A stretch of 63,680 bases of DNA, counting the filler, from Chrysochromulina tobinii (Eukaryota), in NCBI GenBank assembly GCA_001275005.1. It is 5 parts of 5 records of this genome, joined end to end, with 100 filler letters (N's around TTAATTAATTAA, not from the genome) between each part and the next. Parts side by side here need not be neighbours in the genome. Positions count along the whole stretch, not along the records: positions 34,459 to 49,918 come from JWZX01000942.1; positions 50,019 to 62,227 come from JWZX01000943.1; 3 more parts are not named here. One strand, written 5' to 3'. Each line of letters begins with the position of its first letter. Position 1 is the stretch's first letter. The notes under the pieces are model-generated. The model was not told the DNA's origin. It made no database searches and saw only the letters and a list, made by a program, of their open reading frames with translations. Of this stretch, positions 40,479-60,786 are shown in pieces. Position numbers and translations under genes: made by a program.

Positions 40479-41894
40479 TCAGCGGCCAAGACGTGGTCGC
40501 GGCGGTGAGCCGGACCTGGCCACGTGCATGCTACCCAGAGCATGAGCCTCACTTGACGAACCCTCACCGCTCGCCCGCACGCGCCGTACCAAGCGCGCCG
40601 CCAGCAGCGCGCCAAGCGTGACCGCGAGCGTGCTCGTTCGAGAGCCGAGCAGCAGCCCTCGCCGACCTGACGAACCTGACGAAACCCCGCACAGCCGGCG
40701 GCCGACGGCGAGAGCGGCGAGCGCGCCCACGACGGCGCGCAGCTCGGCGCTCGCGCCAAAGTCGGCGAGCCGAACGAGCGCCGTCTCGAGCGCCGCCGCC
40801 GCCACGGGCCCGACAGCTTGCTGCAACTGGTGCTGCAGACGATCGCGCACCATGCGAGACACGTGGCAACGCACTGCATAGAGGAGGAGCCACTCAGGCG
40901 GGCTGGTGGCGGCGGCGGCGGCAGCGCCCACGGCGGCGCGTGACGGCGGCCGACGCGCGAGGCCCGCCGCCGGAGCTGCCGCGAGCTCACCATCCGCCTC
41001 CTCCTCCTCCACCTCGCCCGCCTCCTCCTCCTCCTCCTCCTCCTCCTCCTCCTCGGCATCGTACCGGTACGCGGAGACGGCCGCCGCCGCAGGTGAAGCG
41101 CTCGTCCCATGCGCGTGTCCGTTTGGAGTCGTCGACGCCGGCGCGGGCGGGCGGGCCGCGACGACGTCGAGCGGCGAGATCGGCAGCGGACGCACCCGCA
41201 GCAGATCGGGGCCCGTGGCCCAAGGCTTGAGTAACTGCCGCGCCGTGTTGGGCAACAGCGCGGCGAGCCCGGGGCGCTCGAGACGGCGCCGTAGGCGCGG
41301 CGGCAGTTGGGCGAGGCCGTGGCGGAGCTCGCCATCGGGCAGGAGCAGCAGCGGGAGCATCTGGCGCGCGCGCAGCACCATCTCTGTCCAGTCGCTACGG
41401 CGCAGCCAGTCGATGGGTCGTTCGTGCAGCAGGGCGCGCCGCACCGACGGCGGCAGGTGCGCGGCCAGGCCGTCGGTCTGCAGGCGCAGCCAGAGCGAGG
41501 CCCACCAGCAGCCCAGGTTGAGCGAGAGGCCCACGTACAGCGCCGTCGCGGATGCGAGCACCAGCCGCGGCAGCACCTGCACCACCAGCGTTGTCGACGC
41601 CGCGGCCACAATCACTGCGCTCGTGCCCCTGAGCGCGAGGAGCTCGGGCTGATCGTCGTCCATTCGCGCGAAGCTGTACGCAAGCAAGTACCACAGCGGG
41701 CCCGAGAGCAGCGTGGCCGCGAGCCAGTAGTCGACCGCGAGCATTGCGAGAGCCTGCGACTCTTGCGAGAGGCACTCGTGCGGCCGCAGGTGCCACGCGA
41801 GCGCCGCGGCGGGAACGCTGAGCAGCACGAGCGTGGTGCACGCCCACGAGAGCGTGCGCGAGTAGTACACCTTGCCAAAGTAGTAGATGATCAT
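40479..41894 (-). CDS. Hypothetical membrane protein
   Basis: Several hydrophobic helices and a poly-Glu tract; long GC3-rich ORF. Confidence 0.6.
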   Translation of the reverse strand: MIIYYFGKVYYSRTLSWACTTLVLLSVPAAALAWHLRPHECLSQESQALAMLAVDYWLAATLLSGPLWYLLAYSFARMDDDQPELLALRGTSAVIVAAASTTLVVQVLPRLVLASATALYVGLSLNLGCWWASLWLRLQTDGLAAHLPPSVRRALLHERPIDWLRRSDWTEMVLRARQMLPLLLLPDGELRHGLAQLPPRLRRRLERPGLAALLPNTARQLLKPWATGPDLLRVRPLPISPLDVVAARPPAPASTTPNGHAHGTSASPAAAAVSAYRYDAEEEEEEEEEEEAGEVEEEEADGELAAAPAAGLARRPPSRAAVGAAAAAATSPPEWLLLYAVRCHVSRMVRDRLQHQLQQAVGPVAAAALETALVRLADFGASAELRAVVGALAALAVGRRLCGVSSGSSGRRGLLLGSRTSTLAVTLGALLAARLVRRVRASGEGSSSEAHALGSMHVARSGSPPRPRLGR

Positions 41895-42164
41895 GGCGCG
41901 CCGTCCAGCGGCTTCTTGGATGGCAAGCTCACGTGGACGGCAGATCGTACAATGGCAGCTCCGACGCGCGCGCCTCAAAAGAACGTTTCGTCAACGGTCC
42001 TGTGAGAGGTGGAATGACAGCCAGCATGCGTAGTGCCGATACAAACTTTGTTCATCGATACTTCTCCACAACAGGCATCACGAGGGCGCCTCAATGCCTG
42101 ACGCTTGACGCTCACCCGCCCCCAAGGACGCCGGTGTCGTGAGGCTACTGTTCTGTCCACCATC

Positions 42165-43625
42165 ATGTCGAGACACACGCTCGACCGATCTACGGCCTCG
42201 TCCGATCGATACTCGACAGCCTCCTCAACGGGCGGCAACAGTGATGGCGGTCGGCTCAGCGAGCCACTCATCAATCCCGTTGGTGCCGGTGGTTCGGCGC
42301 TCGAGCCGTTGCTGTATGCTGCCGTGATCTGCGAGGGCATTCTGCTCGCAGAGGGTGCACTGGTGGAGCCGTCTGCGGTGCCGGCCTTGCGTGCAGCCGC
42401 ACTCAAGATGGAGAAAGGGTTGCAGCGTGCCGTGAGCTTTTGCTCTCAGATTGAGCGTGTGCCGCGGATGATGGCCACGGTGCCCTTGGTGACGATACAC
42501 ACGCTGAAACGGCACGGACACGCTTTTGTCGTCATCGCGCTCACCGCCTTCGAAGCAGAGCTCGCTAGTCGCCTTTGCGAGGAGGCCTACTCGAGCTTTG
42601 CGAGCGCGGTCCAAGCGAAGGCGACGTGCGTTCCAGGGTGTTCACAACTGTGTTCACGGTCGCTGGTCTCTTCGGCGGAGACGGGCGGAGCTGGGTCGGC
42701 ACCTGCCGGTCGGATCGACTGGGCCCGTCTCCGCGGACGAGGACAGCGACAGCCGGCGACACCTATCGGCGCGTCGGAGTCTTCGGTGCCGGACGCCGCC
42801 TTCGGTGAGCAACTGAGGGAATTGATGTGGCAGCACTCTCTGACCTCTGAGTGCCTCTGATGACAGCTGATGTTCTCCCTCACCAGGTGAGCAACTGAGG
42901 GAATTGATGTGGCAGCACTCTCGGCCAGAGAGGATCGCGCGCTATCGCCGCGTGGTCAGTCTGATGCAGGCGACGGAGGAGGTGGCGAGCGTTATGGAAG
43001 AGACTGTCGATCGGTTGCTCGCCAATTCGCAGGTGTGATGATGCTGAACCCCCTTGATTGCCTTGGATTGCATTGGATTGCCATGATTGCCTTGGATTGC
43101 CATGATTGCTGACCGTCGGTCTCGAGGCTCTCGCGCCTGAACAGAATCTCTGAGGACCCTTGATTGCCATTGATTGCATTGATTGCAGACCCTCGCCCCT
43201 GCACAGAATCTCGATGTGCTCGAGGACAAGTCGCGGTGGCTGCTCGCCCAAGCGAGCGCTTTCCAACGGTCGACTCGCGAGGTCCAACGGGGCGCATGCT
43301 GGCGCTCGTACAAGCTGAGCTTCCTTATCGGGCTCGGATGTACGAATGGCTCTTGATGGCCCTTGATGGCCCTTGATGGCCCTTGATGGCCCTTGATGGC
43401 TCTTGATGGCTCTTGATGGCTCTTGATGGCTCTTGATGGCTCTTGATGGCTCTTGATGGCTCTTGATGGCTCTTGATGGCTCTTGATGGCTCTTGATGGC
43501 TCTTGATGGCTCTTGATGGCTCTTGATGGCTCTTGATGGCCATGATTGCAGGTACGCTCGCCGTCACAGTGCTCGTCCTCTACGTGCTCCAACTTACCGG
43601 CGTCATCCACATCTTTGATGGCTGA
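42165..43625 (+). CDS. Longin R-SNARE (VAMP7-like); introns 42805..42886, 43033..43206, 43340..43551
   Basis: LLYAAVI..ILLAE longin start; spliced SNARE motif EEVASVMEETVDRLLANSQNLDVLEDKS..QASAFQRS..W followed by a C-terminal TM helix. Confidence 0.82.
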
Positions 43626-44004
43626 GCGCACGTTGCTGCATGCTGGGCCTTTGCCTCGCGGTCGCGCGTCGATTCTGACGTCGAGGAGCGTACAGCGTAG
43701 CGAGCTCGCGATTAGTGTCGCGTGCCCTCTGGCGGTTACGCTCGTATGCGCTCCTAGCGCGGCGGCCGGGCGTCGCGCGCCTTCCCGCTCGAACCTCGAT
43801 CGTTTTTAGTGAATAGCGCGACCGTAGAGATTGGAAAAGGAAAACGCCCATGGAAACCCCCCGATCCGGCATCCGCCCGATCCGATCAAACCGCACGGAC
43901 CACGGTGGCGGGTGGACGTGCCGCGAAGTGTGCGTGACCCTCGACCCTTTCGTTTATCGAGCCATTCGTGATTCGAACTGTCAACTGACCCGTACACCGG
44001 TCTC

Positions 44005-45895
44005 TCACCTCAGCTCCTCCTCTACACGCCGGATCTCATGCTCCACATTCTCGAACGCAAACGCCTCTTCAAGAGTCGTCCGCACGAAGAAGCCGTTATC
44101 GCGCTCGGCCGGCACGCTGAGGGGCACGCCGTGCGCGGCCCAGGCGTCGACCGATCGCGTCGTGTCGGGCGGTTCGAGGGCTTCCCACGCTGGGCTCACC
44201 TCAACGGCCACGTGGCGCACGGGAGGGCCAAACGAAGCGTCGGCTGTGGAAGCGTCGGCTGTGGAAGCGTCGGCTGTGGAAGGGTCGGCTGTGGAAGCGG
44301 CGGGAGCATTGGGCCATTCGAGCAGCGTCGGCCATGTGGTCGCGCGAGAGGCCCGTGGGATAGGCCCGCACGCAGTGAGATGAGGGCGAGAGAGCATGGA
44401 CGCGACGTCCCGTGTCCAGAACCCAATCATCAACGTGATGCGGCGCGGCAGCTGCGCGGCGGTGCGCAACGACGGCGCGCGCCCGCCTCTCGATGCCTCC
44501 CGTGGGGCGGGCGGTGGCGCGCAGGGGCATACCCCGTGCAGCCAGTCGCCGGGGAAGAGAAGCACAGTCCCCTCGTCCGGATGAGACACGTGAGCACACG
44601 TCGCGGGGCTCACGTCGCCATATCGCTGCTCAAGCACCACTGTCGGGCCTGCGACCGTTGCACCCGAGAGGTAGATGACTGACGAGACGCAAGGATGGTG
44701 TAGCAATCCAGTCGAATACAACACACCCTCCTCGGTGTCAAAGTGCATCTGATGGCCATGCTGGTTGCCGAGGGAGCGCGAGGGAGCCTTCGAGTGGACC
44801 CACCTGCATGCAAGCGGTGTCGGGCAATCAGCATGCATGCAAGCGGTGTCGGGCAATCAGCATGCATGCAAGCGGTGTCGGGCAAGCAGCATGCATGCAA
44901 GCACACCACTCAAACCCAACCACACGATCGGCGCAGCCGGTGAGAGGAAGGAGACGACGCGCGAGAGCGTCGATGGCGTCACGCGGCGCCTCGGATGGCT
45001 GATACGACTCCCAAAACGAAAAGTAGCCGCGGCTCGCATAGCCCGTCTCGCGCCAAAACGGCGAGTGCGGAGCAAAGGCTGCCTTCAAATGGGACAGCAG
45101 GCGGGGCGGTACGACATTCGAATAGCGTGCGACGCTCGCGGGGCGCCGACTCGCCTCGGGGGCGGCGGGCCACGCTAGCGGCTGCGTCGGCGCCATTCTT
45201 GCCGTTGGGCGCTGCGCGATCGCCGCCCACACCTGTGGGGAGAGACGCAGTCGAACGCCGAGCCGCTGGAGGTGAGGCACGGCCTCGGCACACCGGCCCG
45301 TCAGATGCAGCAGAAGCGCGAGCATGTAGCTCGCCACGCCCACCGCCTGGGCACGTGCCTTCACCACATATTCCAAGTACCATGCCGCCTCTTGCCGTCC
45401 ACGCGACGACGACGTGCAGGGCGGGAGGGCCGAGACTTCTTCGTAGAGCAGCACTGCGCGCTCGTGAGAGCCGTGGTGCAACTCCAGGTCGGCGAGCTTG
45501 CAGCATGCTGCGGCGTTGCCCGGCCAGATGCGTCGGCTCTCCTCCAGCGCTGCGCGCGCCGCATCAAGGTCGTCAGCATCAGCGTCACCCGGTGTTGAGG
45601 AGCCTTGCATTCGCAGACGGCCGAGGAGGGCGAGCCCGACCGATGCGATCAGCAGAGCTGGTGGATCGTCGGAACCGGCCTCGATCGCCGCGTCGAGCGC
45701 AAGTTCGGGTTCGCCAGTTGCAGCTTTGCGGGCCTCACTGATGGCATACTCCACGCAACGGACCGCCGACTCGCCGTCGCCATCCTCCTCAAGCTCCATG
45801 GAGATGCGCAAGGCAGTCGCTGCGTCTGATGCGGCTGCAGCTGTGCCGCCCGCCCTGTCTCCATCTTTTGATGCCGCCAGGGAGCGCTTGGGCAT
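44005..45895 (-). CDS. TPR-like plus 2OG-Fe(II) oxygenase-like protein; intron 44804..44906
   Basis: Spliced GFEWWVH, HQMHFDTEE, HPCVSSVIYL, GPTVVL, FPGDWLHGV, RITLMIGFW; helical repeats at the N-terminus. Confidence 0.75.
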
Positions 45896-46284
45896 GAAAG
45901 CTGCGTACTCTCGGAATCGCAGTCTCGGCGTCGGGCCGGGTGCGTGAAAAAGGCCTCGCAAAGGAGGAGCTCAAGACGGCGTTTTTGAATTGGTAGATGC
46001 ACTTGCCGTCCCGTCGCGTTCACATACACAAGCACGCCTCCGATCTTGAATTGACTTCGGGCTTATGAAGGCGCCTGTGCTCAAAAGCCGTCACAAAAAG
46101 TGAAAATCTCTTTTGAATTTGCTGACCAATTTTCCCAGCGAGATTCCGAGACTCGAAACGAGACTCTGCGAGGGTCGAAACTCCCGACAATTCAAATTCA
46201 CGAGCAACGAAACGGGCTTCGCCCAAAACGCACTCCACCGCATCGGACTGTCGGGCCCGCCCAGTCCTCACCCCTTTGGCAGCG

Positions 46285-49278
46285 ATGCCCATCGGGAAGC
46301 TGCCAAGGCCCCCGCCTTCGAGCGCCCCTGCCAAGTTGGTGCAATCGCCACGAACCGGCAATCGCTCACATCGCGATGACGATGACGCGCCGATCAAAGA
46401 GGGTCCGGTGAAGAAGTGGAACGGCCTGAAGACAAAGCGCATCGAAAAGGTGATCTTCGCTGAGCGCCGCAAGGAGTTTGAACAGTCTGCCGAGTTCAAC
46501 GCCGGCTTTGCTATGCCAATGCCGGCGACGCAGCCGCAATCACGCTTCCGGCTTGAGCACATCTTGCATAAGGAAGAGAAGGAGAAACTCGAGGCTGCCG
46601 GCGTGAAGTTTCCAGCCAACGTCCTCATCTCCAAGCGCCAGCCACGGTCGCCGCCGCTCGTCGGCGGTCGCCGGCCGCAGGTCATTACGATCGCCGAAAT
46701 ACGGTCGCGTAGGGAAGCCCGCCGAGCCCTCGGCGCCACATCGCGTCGAGGTAGCACGGGCCATCTCGTCGTTGGCAGCAGCTCGACAGCGGAGGCGGCC
46801 GCCGAGCAGAACACACCAATGGCGGCGCTGCTGCGCTGCGTGCAGAAGTGCGTGGATGGCGCGGCAGGTGCCACGCCGTTGACGCCCGCGCCGGGCTCGC
46901 CTGAGCAGCGCGCAGCGGTGAAGGGACCGGAAGCCTCTCTGCAGTCGACGTCGTGGGCGGGGTATGCGCAGCCTCCGGCGGCCATGAAGCAACCGTCGTC
47001 GATGACGGTCGTGAGCGAGGCGAACTGGGTGCCAAAGGCCTCCTCGGCAGCGGCGGCGCCCGCCGAAGACGAGACTCCGATAGCGGCGCTGATGCGACGC
47101 ATCGTGTCCAGCGCGCACTCCTGCCTGAGCGGGCTGACGGGTGCTGCAGCACTGCCTTCTGAGTCGGTGAAAAAGGCCTTTGAGACCTTTGACAGGAACG
47201 GCAACGGCAGCCTCGACGCGGACGAGCTCCGAAGCGCGCTCGCGTATATAGGGTTCAACACGTCGGCTGCGCACACGCGCGAGATGCTGGCGCGCTATGA
47301 CACTAGCTTGCGTGACGGCAAACTCGACTTGAATGAGTTTGCACGCCTGGTGTACGATTTGAACTCGGCCGCCCAGCCGCCGACGTTCACGAAGCAGACG
47401 TCGTCGGTCGTGGCACAGCCGCCGTCGGCGGCGTCCGCTTCCATTGCCTCTTCCGCGGCGGCGACCGCCGCTCTCGCGCGCCCGGGCTCCGCGGAGGCGT
47501 TCGCGGCGCAGCAAAAGGCGGAGGCGGCCAAGCAGCCTACGCGCTCGGCAGCCGAGTGGGACGTGCAGCAAAAGGCGGCGGCCGAGAAGGAGCAGGCGGC
47601 CAAGCAGGAACTCGCGCGGGTAGCGGCAGCGGCGGAGAGGCGCGCATCTCAGGCGGCTGCAGCAGATGAGAAGAAGGAGGCCGAGAAGGCGGCGGCCGAG
47701 AAGGCGGCGGCGGAGCGCATCGCCGTCGAAAAGGCGGCTGCACAGAGGGCAGCGGCCGAGAAGGCAGCGGTCGAGAGGGCGGCGGCCGAGAAGGCGGCTG
47801 TCCAGAAGGCGGCGGCCGAGAGGGCGGCGGCCGAGAGGGCGGCGGCCGAGAAGGAGGCGGCCGAGAAGGCGGCGGCCGAGAAGGTAGCAGCAGAGAAGGC
47901 GGCGGCCGAGCGCTTGTCCAAGCAGCAGTCTACTTTGACGAAGCAGGACCTGACGAACGAGCAGTCCAGCAGTCCACTCAAGCAGGACCTGACGAAAGAG
48001 CAGTCCAGCAGTCCACTCAAGCAGGACCTGACGAAACAGCCGACGACGGGCGCCGGTCTGGCCGCTGCCAAGCCTGCCACCCCTGCAGCCTCCACCCCCA
48101 TAGCTACCGCGCAGCCTGTTGCCGCCGAGGAGCGTAAATCGGTGGCGGCGGTGCCACCTGAGGCCGGCTCCGGTCGTGGTAACGCACTCGCCAGAGCGCG
48201 AGCCGCTAAGGCGACCAGTTCGGTAGGAGCCATGATTGCCAGTGGGATCTCGTCGGCGAAGCGCCTCGTCTCCGGCGAGACAACGCCGATCAGCCACGCG
48301 GTGGCGGGCGCGGCGCCGGCGGGCGCGGCGGCGGGCGCGGCGGCCAAGGCGCCGTCTCAGCAGAACCTCGCCCCGGCGGCGGGCGCGTCGACCCAGGCGA
48401 GCGCGGCGGCGAAGGCGCCATCCCAGCAGAACCTCGCCCCGGCAGCAACCGCGTCGACCCAGGCGCATCAACTGAAGAAAGAGCCGAGTGCAAAGCACGA
48501 GGAGCGGTTGGCTACGGGCCAGGTGCCGATAGTGGCAGGGTTCCAGGTCGCGGTCAAACAAGATGACCCGGGAGATGCGGCCAAGGCGGCAGGCCAGGAG
48601 AAGGCCAAAGCGGCCGCCGCCGCAGCCAAGGCGGCGGCCGAGAAAGCGGCTGCAGCGCAGGCGGCAGCGCAGGCGGCCAGGGCCAAGGCCGCCATGATGA
48701 GATCGGCGAGCGTGGCGGCCGCATTACAGGCTGGGGTGCCTGCAGCGCCCGCGGCGCCCGAGGGGGGCTCGGGTGCCGTGGGGGGCTCGGGTGCCGCTGC
48801 GCCAAGCTTTGCCGTTGGCAGCCGCGTGTACGTGAAGCGCAGCAGCGGAGAGGAGAGCATTGGCTTCATCACGGAATACGATCGAGCCAAGCAAGTCTAC
48901 ACACTCGAGCTCGACCAAAGAGGCTCAGGCAAGGTCAAGCAGTGCGTTGAAAAGGATCTTCGCCCCGCGCCAGAGAATGCCGCCCATGCGGAGCCCGCCG
49001 GCGCGGACATACCCGTCCAGCATCGCACGAGGCACCGCGTCAACTTCGAGCCAGGGCCGCTTGGTATGGGGCTTGAGATGAGTACAGACGGCTGGGTGAT
49101 GGTGAGCGACGTGAAAGAAGGCCAGGCGGCCGCTCAACACGGCGTGCTCAAGGGCTCGTACATCCTCGAGGTGAACGGCGAAAAGTGCGACGGCCTCGTG
49201 CAGGCGGATGTGACGAATCTGCTGCGCAAAGCGGGAGCGCGAGAGGTCCTCTTCGCGCTGCCGTTACGAAAGAAATGA
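46285..49278 (+). CDS. EF-hand / Ala-Glu-Lys coiled-coil / Tudor-SH3-like / PDZ scaffold protein
   Basis: [14 protein letters not shown] pair; (AAAEK)n; [37 protein letters not shown]. Confidence 0.8.
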   Translation: MPIGKLPRPPPSSAPAKLVQSPRTGNRSHRDDDDAPIKEGPVKKWNGLKTKRIEKVIFAERRKEFEQSAEFNAGFAMPMPATQPQSRFRLEHILHKEEKEKLEAAGVKFPANVLISKRQPRSPPLVGGRRPQVITIAEIRSRREARRALGATSRRGSTGHLVVGSSSTAEAAAEQNTPMAALLRCVQKCVDGAAGATPLTPAPGSPEQRAAVKGPEASLQSTSWAGYAQPPAAMKQPSSMTVVSEANWVPKASSAAAAPAEDETPIAALMRRIVSSAHSCLSGLTGAAALPSESVKKAFETFDRNGNGSLDADELRSALAYIGFNTSAAHTREMLARYDTSLRDGKLDLNEFARLVYDLNSAAQPPTFTKQTSSVVAQPPSAASASIASSAAATAALARPGSAEAFAAQQKAEAAKQPTRSAAEWDVQQKAAAEKEQAAKQELARVAAAAERRASQAAAADEKKEAEKAAAEKAAAERIAVEKAAAQRAAAEKAAVERAAAEKAAVQKAAAERAAAERAAAEKEAAEKAAAEKVAAEKAAAERLSKQQSTLTKQDLTNEQSSSPLKQDLTKEQSSSPLKQDLTKQPTTGAGLAAAKPATPAASTPIATAQPVAAEERKSVAAVPPEAGSGRGNALARARAAKATSSVGAMIASGISSAKRLVSGETTPISHAVAGAAPAGAAAGAAAKAPSQQNLAPAAGASTQASAAAKAPSQQNLAPAATASTQAHQLKKEPSAKHEERLATGQVPIVAGFQVAVKQDDPGDAAKAAGQEKAKAAAAAAKAAAEKAAAAQAAAQAARAKAAMMRSASVAAALQAGVPAAPAAPEGGSGAVGGSGAAAPSFAVGSRVYVKRSSGEESIGFITEYDRAKQVYTLELDQRGSGKVKQCVEKDLRPAPENAAHAEPAGADIPVQHRTRHRVNFEPGPLGMGLEMSTDGWVMVSDVKEGQAAAQHGVLKGSYILEVNGEKCDGLVQADVTNLLRKAGAREVLFALPLRKK

Positions 49279-49670
49279 GTCCACATCCAGCACGCAGCAG
49301 CTCTCTTGTCAGAGTGCAGGACCAGGAGAAATTTGCTCGTTCTTATTTCATTGGAGGCGGAAGAGACGGTGCGCGGCGTGCGTCGTCGTGTTTTGGTCAG
49401 ACGCGCAATCGCACGTCCATTTTTTGTGAACCGTTCAGTTTCGCGTCTCAGTGCGTGGTAGCATCCGACATATAACTGTCGAGCGGTCCGCGTCCGGTGG
49501 CGGTGCACGGTCCACAATGAATTGCGTCACAATCGAGGCAACAGGCCGGACGGGACCACAATAATAGACCACATAACCCCACGAGAAACGTCTAGCGTGA
49601 CTCTTAAGTGTCCCCGTGCGCGATATCTTCAAACAGTTTCGTCCATCGACGAAATTTCAATGAGGTTGTT

Positions 49671-49917
49671 GCTCAACCCGGACTTATTTCGTGACGGTAT
49701 GCTCAACCCGGACTTAGCAAGTCCGGGTTGAGCTAAGTCCGGGTTGAGCATATGGTTTGCGTGCTCAACCCGGACTTAGCTAGTGTGAATGAGAACCAAG
49801 TCCGGGTTGAGCATATGGTTTTCGGTGCTCAACCCGGACTTAGCTAGTGTGACCGTGAATTCACAGTGGCTAAGTCCGGGTTGAGCATATGGTTTTCGGT
49901 GCTCAACCCGGACTTGA
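49671..49917. repeat. Array of 16-bp units GCTCAACCCGGACTTA in mixed orientation, truncated by gap
   Basis: Forward copies at ~49671, 49701, 49763, 49827, 49901; reverse copies at ~49719, 49735, 49798, 49871. Confidence 0.92.
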
Positions 49918-49918
49918 T

Positions 49919-50018
49919 NNNNNNNNNNNNNNNNNNNNNNNNNNNNNNNNNNNNNNNNNNNNTTAATTAATTAANNNNNNNNNNNNNNNNNNNNNNNNNN
50001 NNNNNNNNNNNNNNNNNN
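49919..50018. other. Artificial contig linker
   Basis: N-run with TTAATTAATTAA. Confidence 0.97.
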
Positions 50019-50142
50019 TCGCGCACGCGCTAATTTCACGCTGGCGGTTAATCTCTGAGGCTTCCCTCCCGGTATTCAGACGAAACCGGGGGTGGGGAAG
50101 AACTTGCAACAACCACACCGCATCGTTCCTGTGGGCGCGCAG

Positions 50143-57818
<7,676 letters not shown>

Positions 57819-58016
57819 GGCTTGCAGCGGAAGCCGGCCTGGGGGGATCTAGGTCCCTTGATTGCACCATCTTCTGCGGAATTCGGTACATGTAATGTTT
57901 CCAATCGTAAGCTCCGCGTGGTTTGATATTGAAACACCGCAAGGTAAAAGCCTGGAAGCAGGGGGACACACTGTGAAGACGCAGATTCTTCACAGGGCTT
58001 TTTGCCGATCCTGTCC

Positions 58017-60207
58017 ATGCACTTGCTCTTCAATCGCGCAGCGCTGCTGCTGTCGCTCGCGGGGGTTGCCTCCGCGAGCGAGGAGAATCCACGTGCACGA
58101 GAGGGCCCTCCGCGCGTGCACACCGTCTTCTGCGCCGAGTGCAGCGACAACTTCGATTACAAGAGCCTGGGTGTCTACTGGAGCCACGCGCTCTCGGGCA
58201 TGCCCGGCAACGTGACGCGGCTGCTCGCGTGCGACGAGCAGCAGCTCAAGACGTACAAGGGGCTCAAGCTTGGACCGACATTCGTGCACAAGAACCATGG
58301 CCGCCTCTCGCACCGCCGCAAGAGCGACGAGCCCGCTCCCTTTGGCTCGCGCCCGAGCGATGGCTCACCATCGTACAACAAGCCCGCTTCGATCATGCAC
58401 TGGGCGCTCGAGTCGGAGGAGGCGAAGCACGTGGACTACGTGCTGTACATCGATGCGGACATGCTGCTGCGCCGGCCGATGGATCCGATCCAGATGGGCG
58501 TCAAGAAGGGCGTCGTCGTGAGCGAGCACGTGGGCTATCTCGACGTCGGCATCAAGGCGAAGCTTCCATTCGAGTTCCTCCCGAAGGAACTCGCGGAGAA
58601 TGCGGGCGCGGACCTTGACGACCTGACGCCCCCGGGGGCCAACGGCAAGCGACACGCCTCCGGCGGCTGGTACCATTTCTTCCACATGGACGACATCAAG
58701 GTGATCGCGCCGCGCTGGCTGCATTGGTGCGAACAGGTACTTGCTACGAGCAGATGGCCTCTAATTCCCGCTCTGATGGTCCACGGGGGTCGCCACTGAT
58801 GGCCACTGATGACGATGGAGTTTGCTGCCGCGCAGATGCGTCTCAACCCCCAAAAGTATTGGCGGATGGTGGACCCGACGACGGGGCTCCCGGGCGGCGT
58901 CGACCATGACATCCCCACAGGTGATGCGTACGTGGGCCACGGTCAAGCTCCGTGGATCTCCGAAATGTACGGCTATGTCTTCGCTGCGTCGGAGGCGGGG
59001 CTACGCCATCGGCTCACCCACGGCGTCGTCGTCTACCCGGACGAAATTGGCGGAGGCCAGCCGGAGGAGCCCTCGATCATTCACTATGGCCTCCATTGCT
59101 CCGTTGGCTCCTTCCACTTTACAAAGTGTGCCGAGTGCCGCAGAGTGCCTCTGAGGTGACACTGATGAGATGGCCGCTGCGCTTGCTGTCGGTGTCCGTA
59201 GGTACACCCACGGAAACTTCAATGCTGTCGGCTGCAATGGCGATCTCTTTGGAGACCCTCCCAAACCTACTCACCTCGAGCGGCTCTGTTCCGAAACGGT
59301 GCTGACCCTGAACGACGCGATGTGCGTCTACTACACGCGCTCCAAGGAGGAAGGGGGCTGCGGCAAGACGCCCGCGGAGGCGCCCACGTGCCCCAAATGG
59401 AAGGAGCCGGAGCAGCGCACGTGCGAGGATAAGGAGGCCAACTGCAAGTTATGGTCGAGCTCGGGCGAGTGCGCAAAGAACTCGGGCTTCATGCTCGGCT
59501 CGTGCCCCAGGAGCTGCGGCCACTGCGACGCGGCGCTGCAAGCGTCCGTGCCTGCGTGGAGTAGGGGGCTTGCGCTCGCCAAGGGCGAGATTGCACCTCC
59601 GATGCGCGAGATGCAGCCTAGCGTGGTCGCATGGGAGGAAGGCTATCCGGCTGGGCAGGTACACGCTGATTGCCTCTGATCGCCTCGGGTTGCCAATGAG
59701 TTGCCACGCATTGCGCCACGGATTGTGCCACGGATTGTACCATCGGGCTGCCACTGATTTGCCATCGGATGCCCCGAGTTGCCTCTCTGAGCAAGGGCAT
59801 GCTACCTAATATGGCATGGCACTTCCCATATGCACTGCATCTCTGAGCAAGTGCTCCCCGCCGCGCAGGCTTCGGTGGTGCATGCTGATTGCATGATGAT
59901 TGCATGCTGATAACATGCTGATTGCATCTCTGAGCAAGTGCTCCCCGCCGCGCAGGCTTCGGAGGAGGATGTGTACGAGGAGATCTCAGCTCTGCGGAAC
60001 AAGCGCGAGAAGAAGAGGCCGCGGGAGTCCGGGGAGGCTGCTCGAGTGCTTTTCGGGGGCAAAGCTGCTTTGGGGATGGCCCAGGAGGGAGCTAACGCGG
60101 AAGCGCGCAGGCTGGCCAGCAGTGGCGGCGGCGGCGAGGGGGGCGGCGAGGGCGACAAGCTCGACGTGCCTGGCAAGCTTCAGAACGGCGGCGGCGGCGG
60201 CGGCGTC

Positions 60208-60254
<47 letters not shown>

Positions 60255-60786
60255 GGCGCCCGCGTCCGACTTCGCGGCCAAAAGGAAAGCGAAGGAGGAG
60301 GCTGTAGCACGCTTGCGGGGCGCGGGGCTCGGTGGTGGGGTACACCCAGCGATGATGCCAGAGGGGTCCGCGCCCGATGCGTTCGCCGCCGCGATGGCGG
60401 CGGAGAAGCGGCGCAAGGTGATGCTGATGGAGGTGGAGAGGCTCAAGGGCGAAGCGACGGAGTACGGCGCCGTATTGGGCGGCGTCGAAGGGGGTCGTGA
60501 GGGCGCAGGTGACGGCGGCGCAGAGGATGGGCGTCGTCATGACCGCCACGGCGCTGTGCCTCACGCGGACCTCGAGCGCACTGCTGCCGCCGCTGCGAGC
60601 CTAGCCGTCGCCGCCGAGGGAGGGCACGCAGAAGGGGACGCCTCCCTCGCGACGCTCAAGTGGCAAATGTACGTGGGCTGGGTTGCCATCCTCGGGCTGT
60701 GCGGTGCGCTGGTGGGCCGCCGCTTCTGCACGCGCCGTGCCAAGCCCAAGGGCAAACCTGGTCATTTTGCTGCCCGGGCGCTCTGA
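58017..60786 (+). CDS. Peptidyl-serine alpha-galactosyltransferase (SERGT1/GT96-like) with ShK domain and C-terminal TM; introns 58737..58835, 59126..59201, 59659..59955
   Basis: Signal peptide; HTVFCAEC..FDY, GNVTRLLAC, YNKP, IDADM (DxD), WISEMYGYVFAA; ShK CEDKEANCKLWSSSGECAKNSGFMLGSCPRSCGHC. Confidence 0.85.

Noticed and set aside
42942..43631. Repeat-protein ORF (HQEPSRAIKS)n
   Set aside because: Antisense translation of an intronic 10-bp satellite.
49671..49917. CRISPR-like repeat-spacer array
   Set aside because: Repeats alternate in orientation and the linkers recur.
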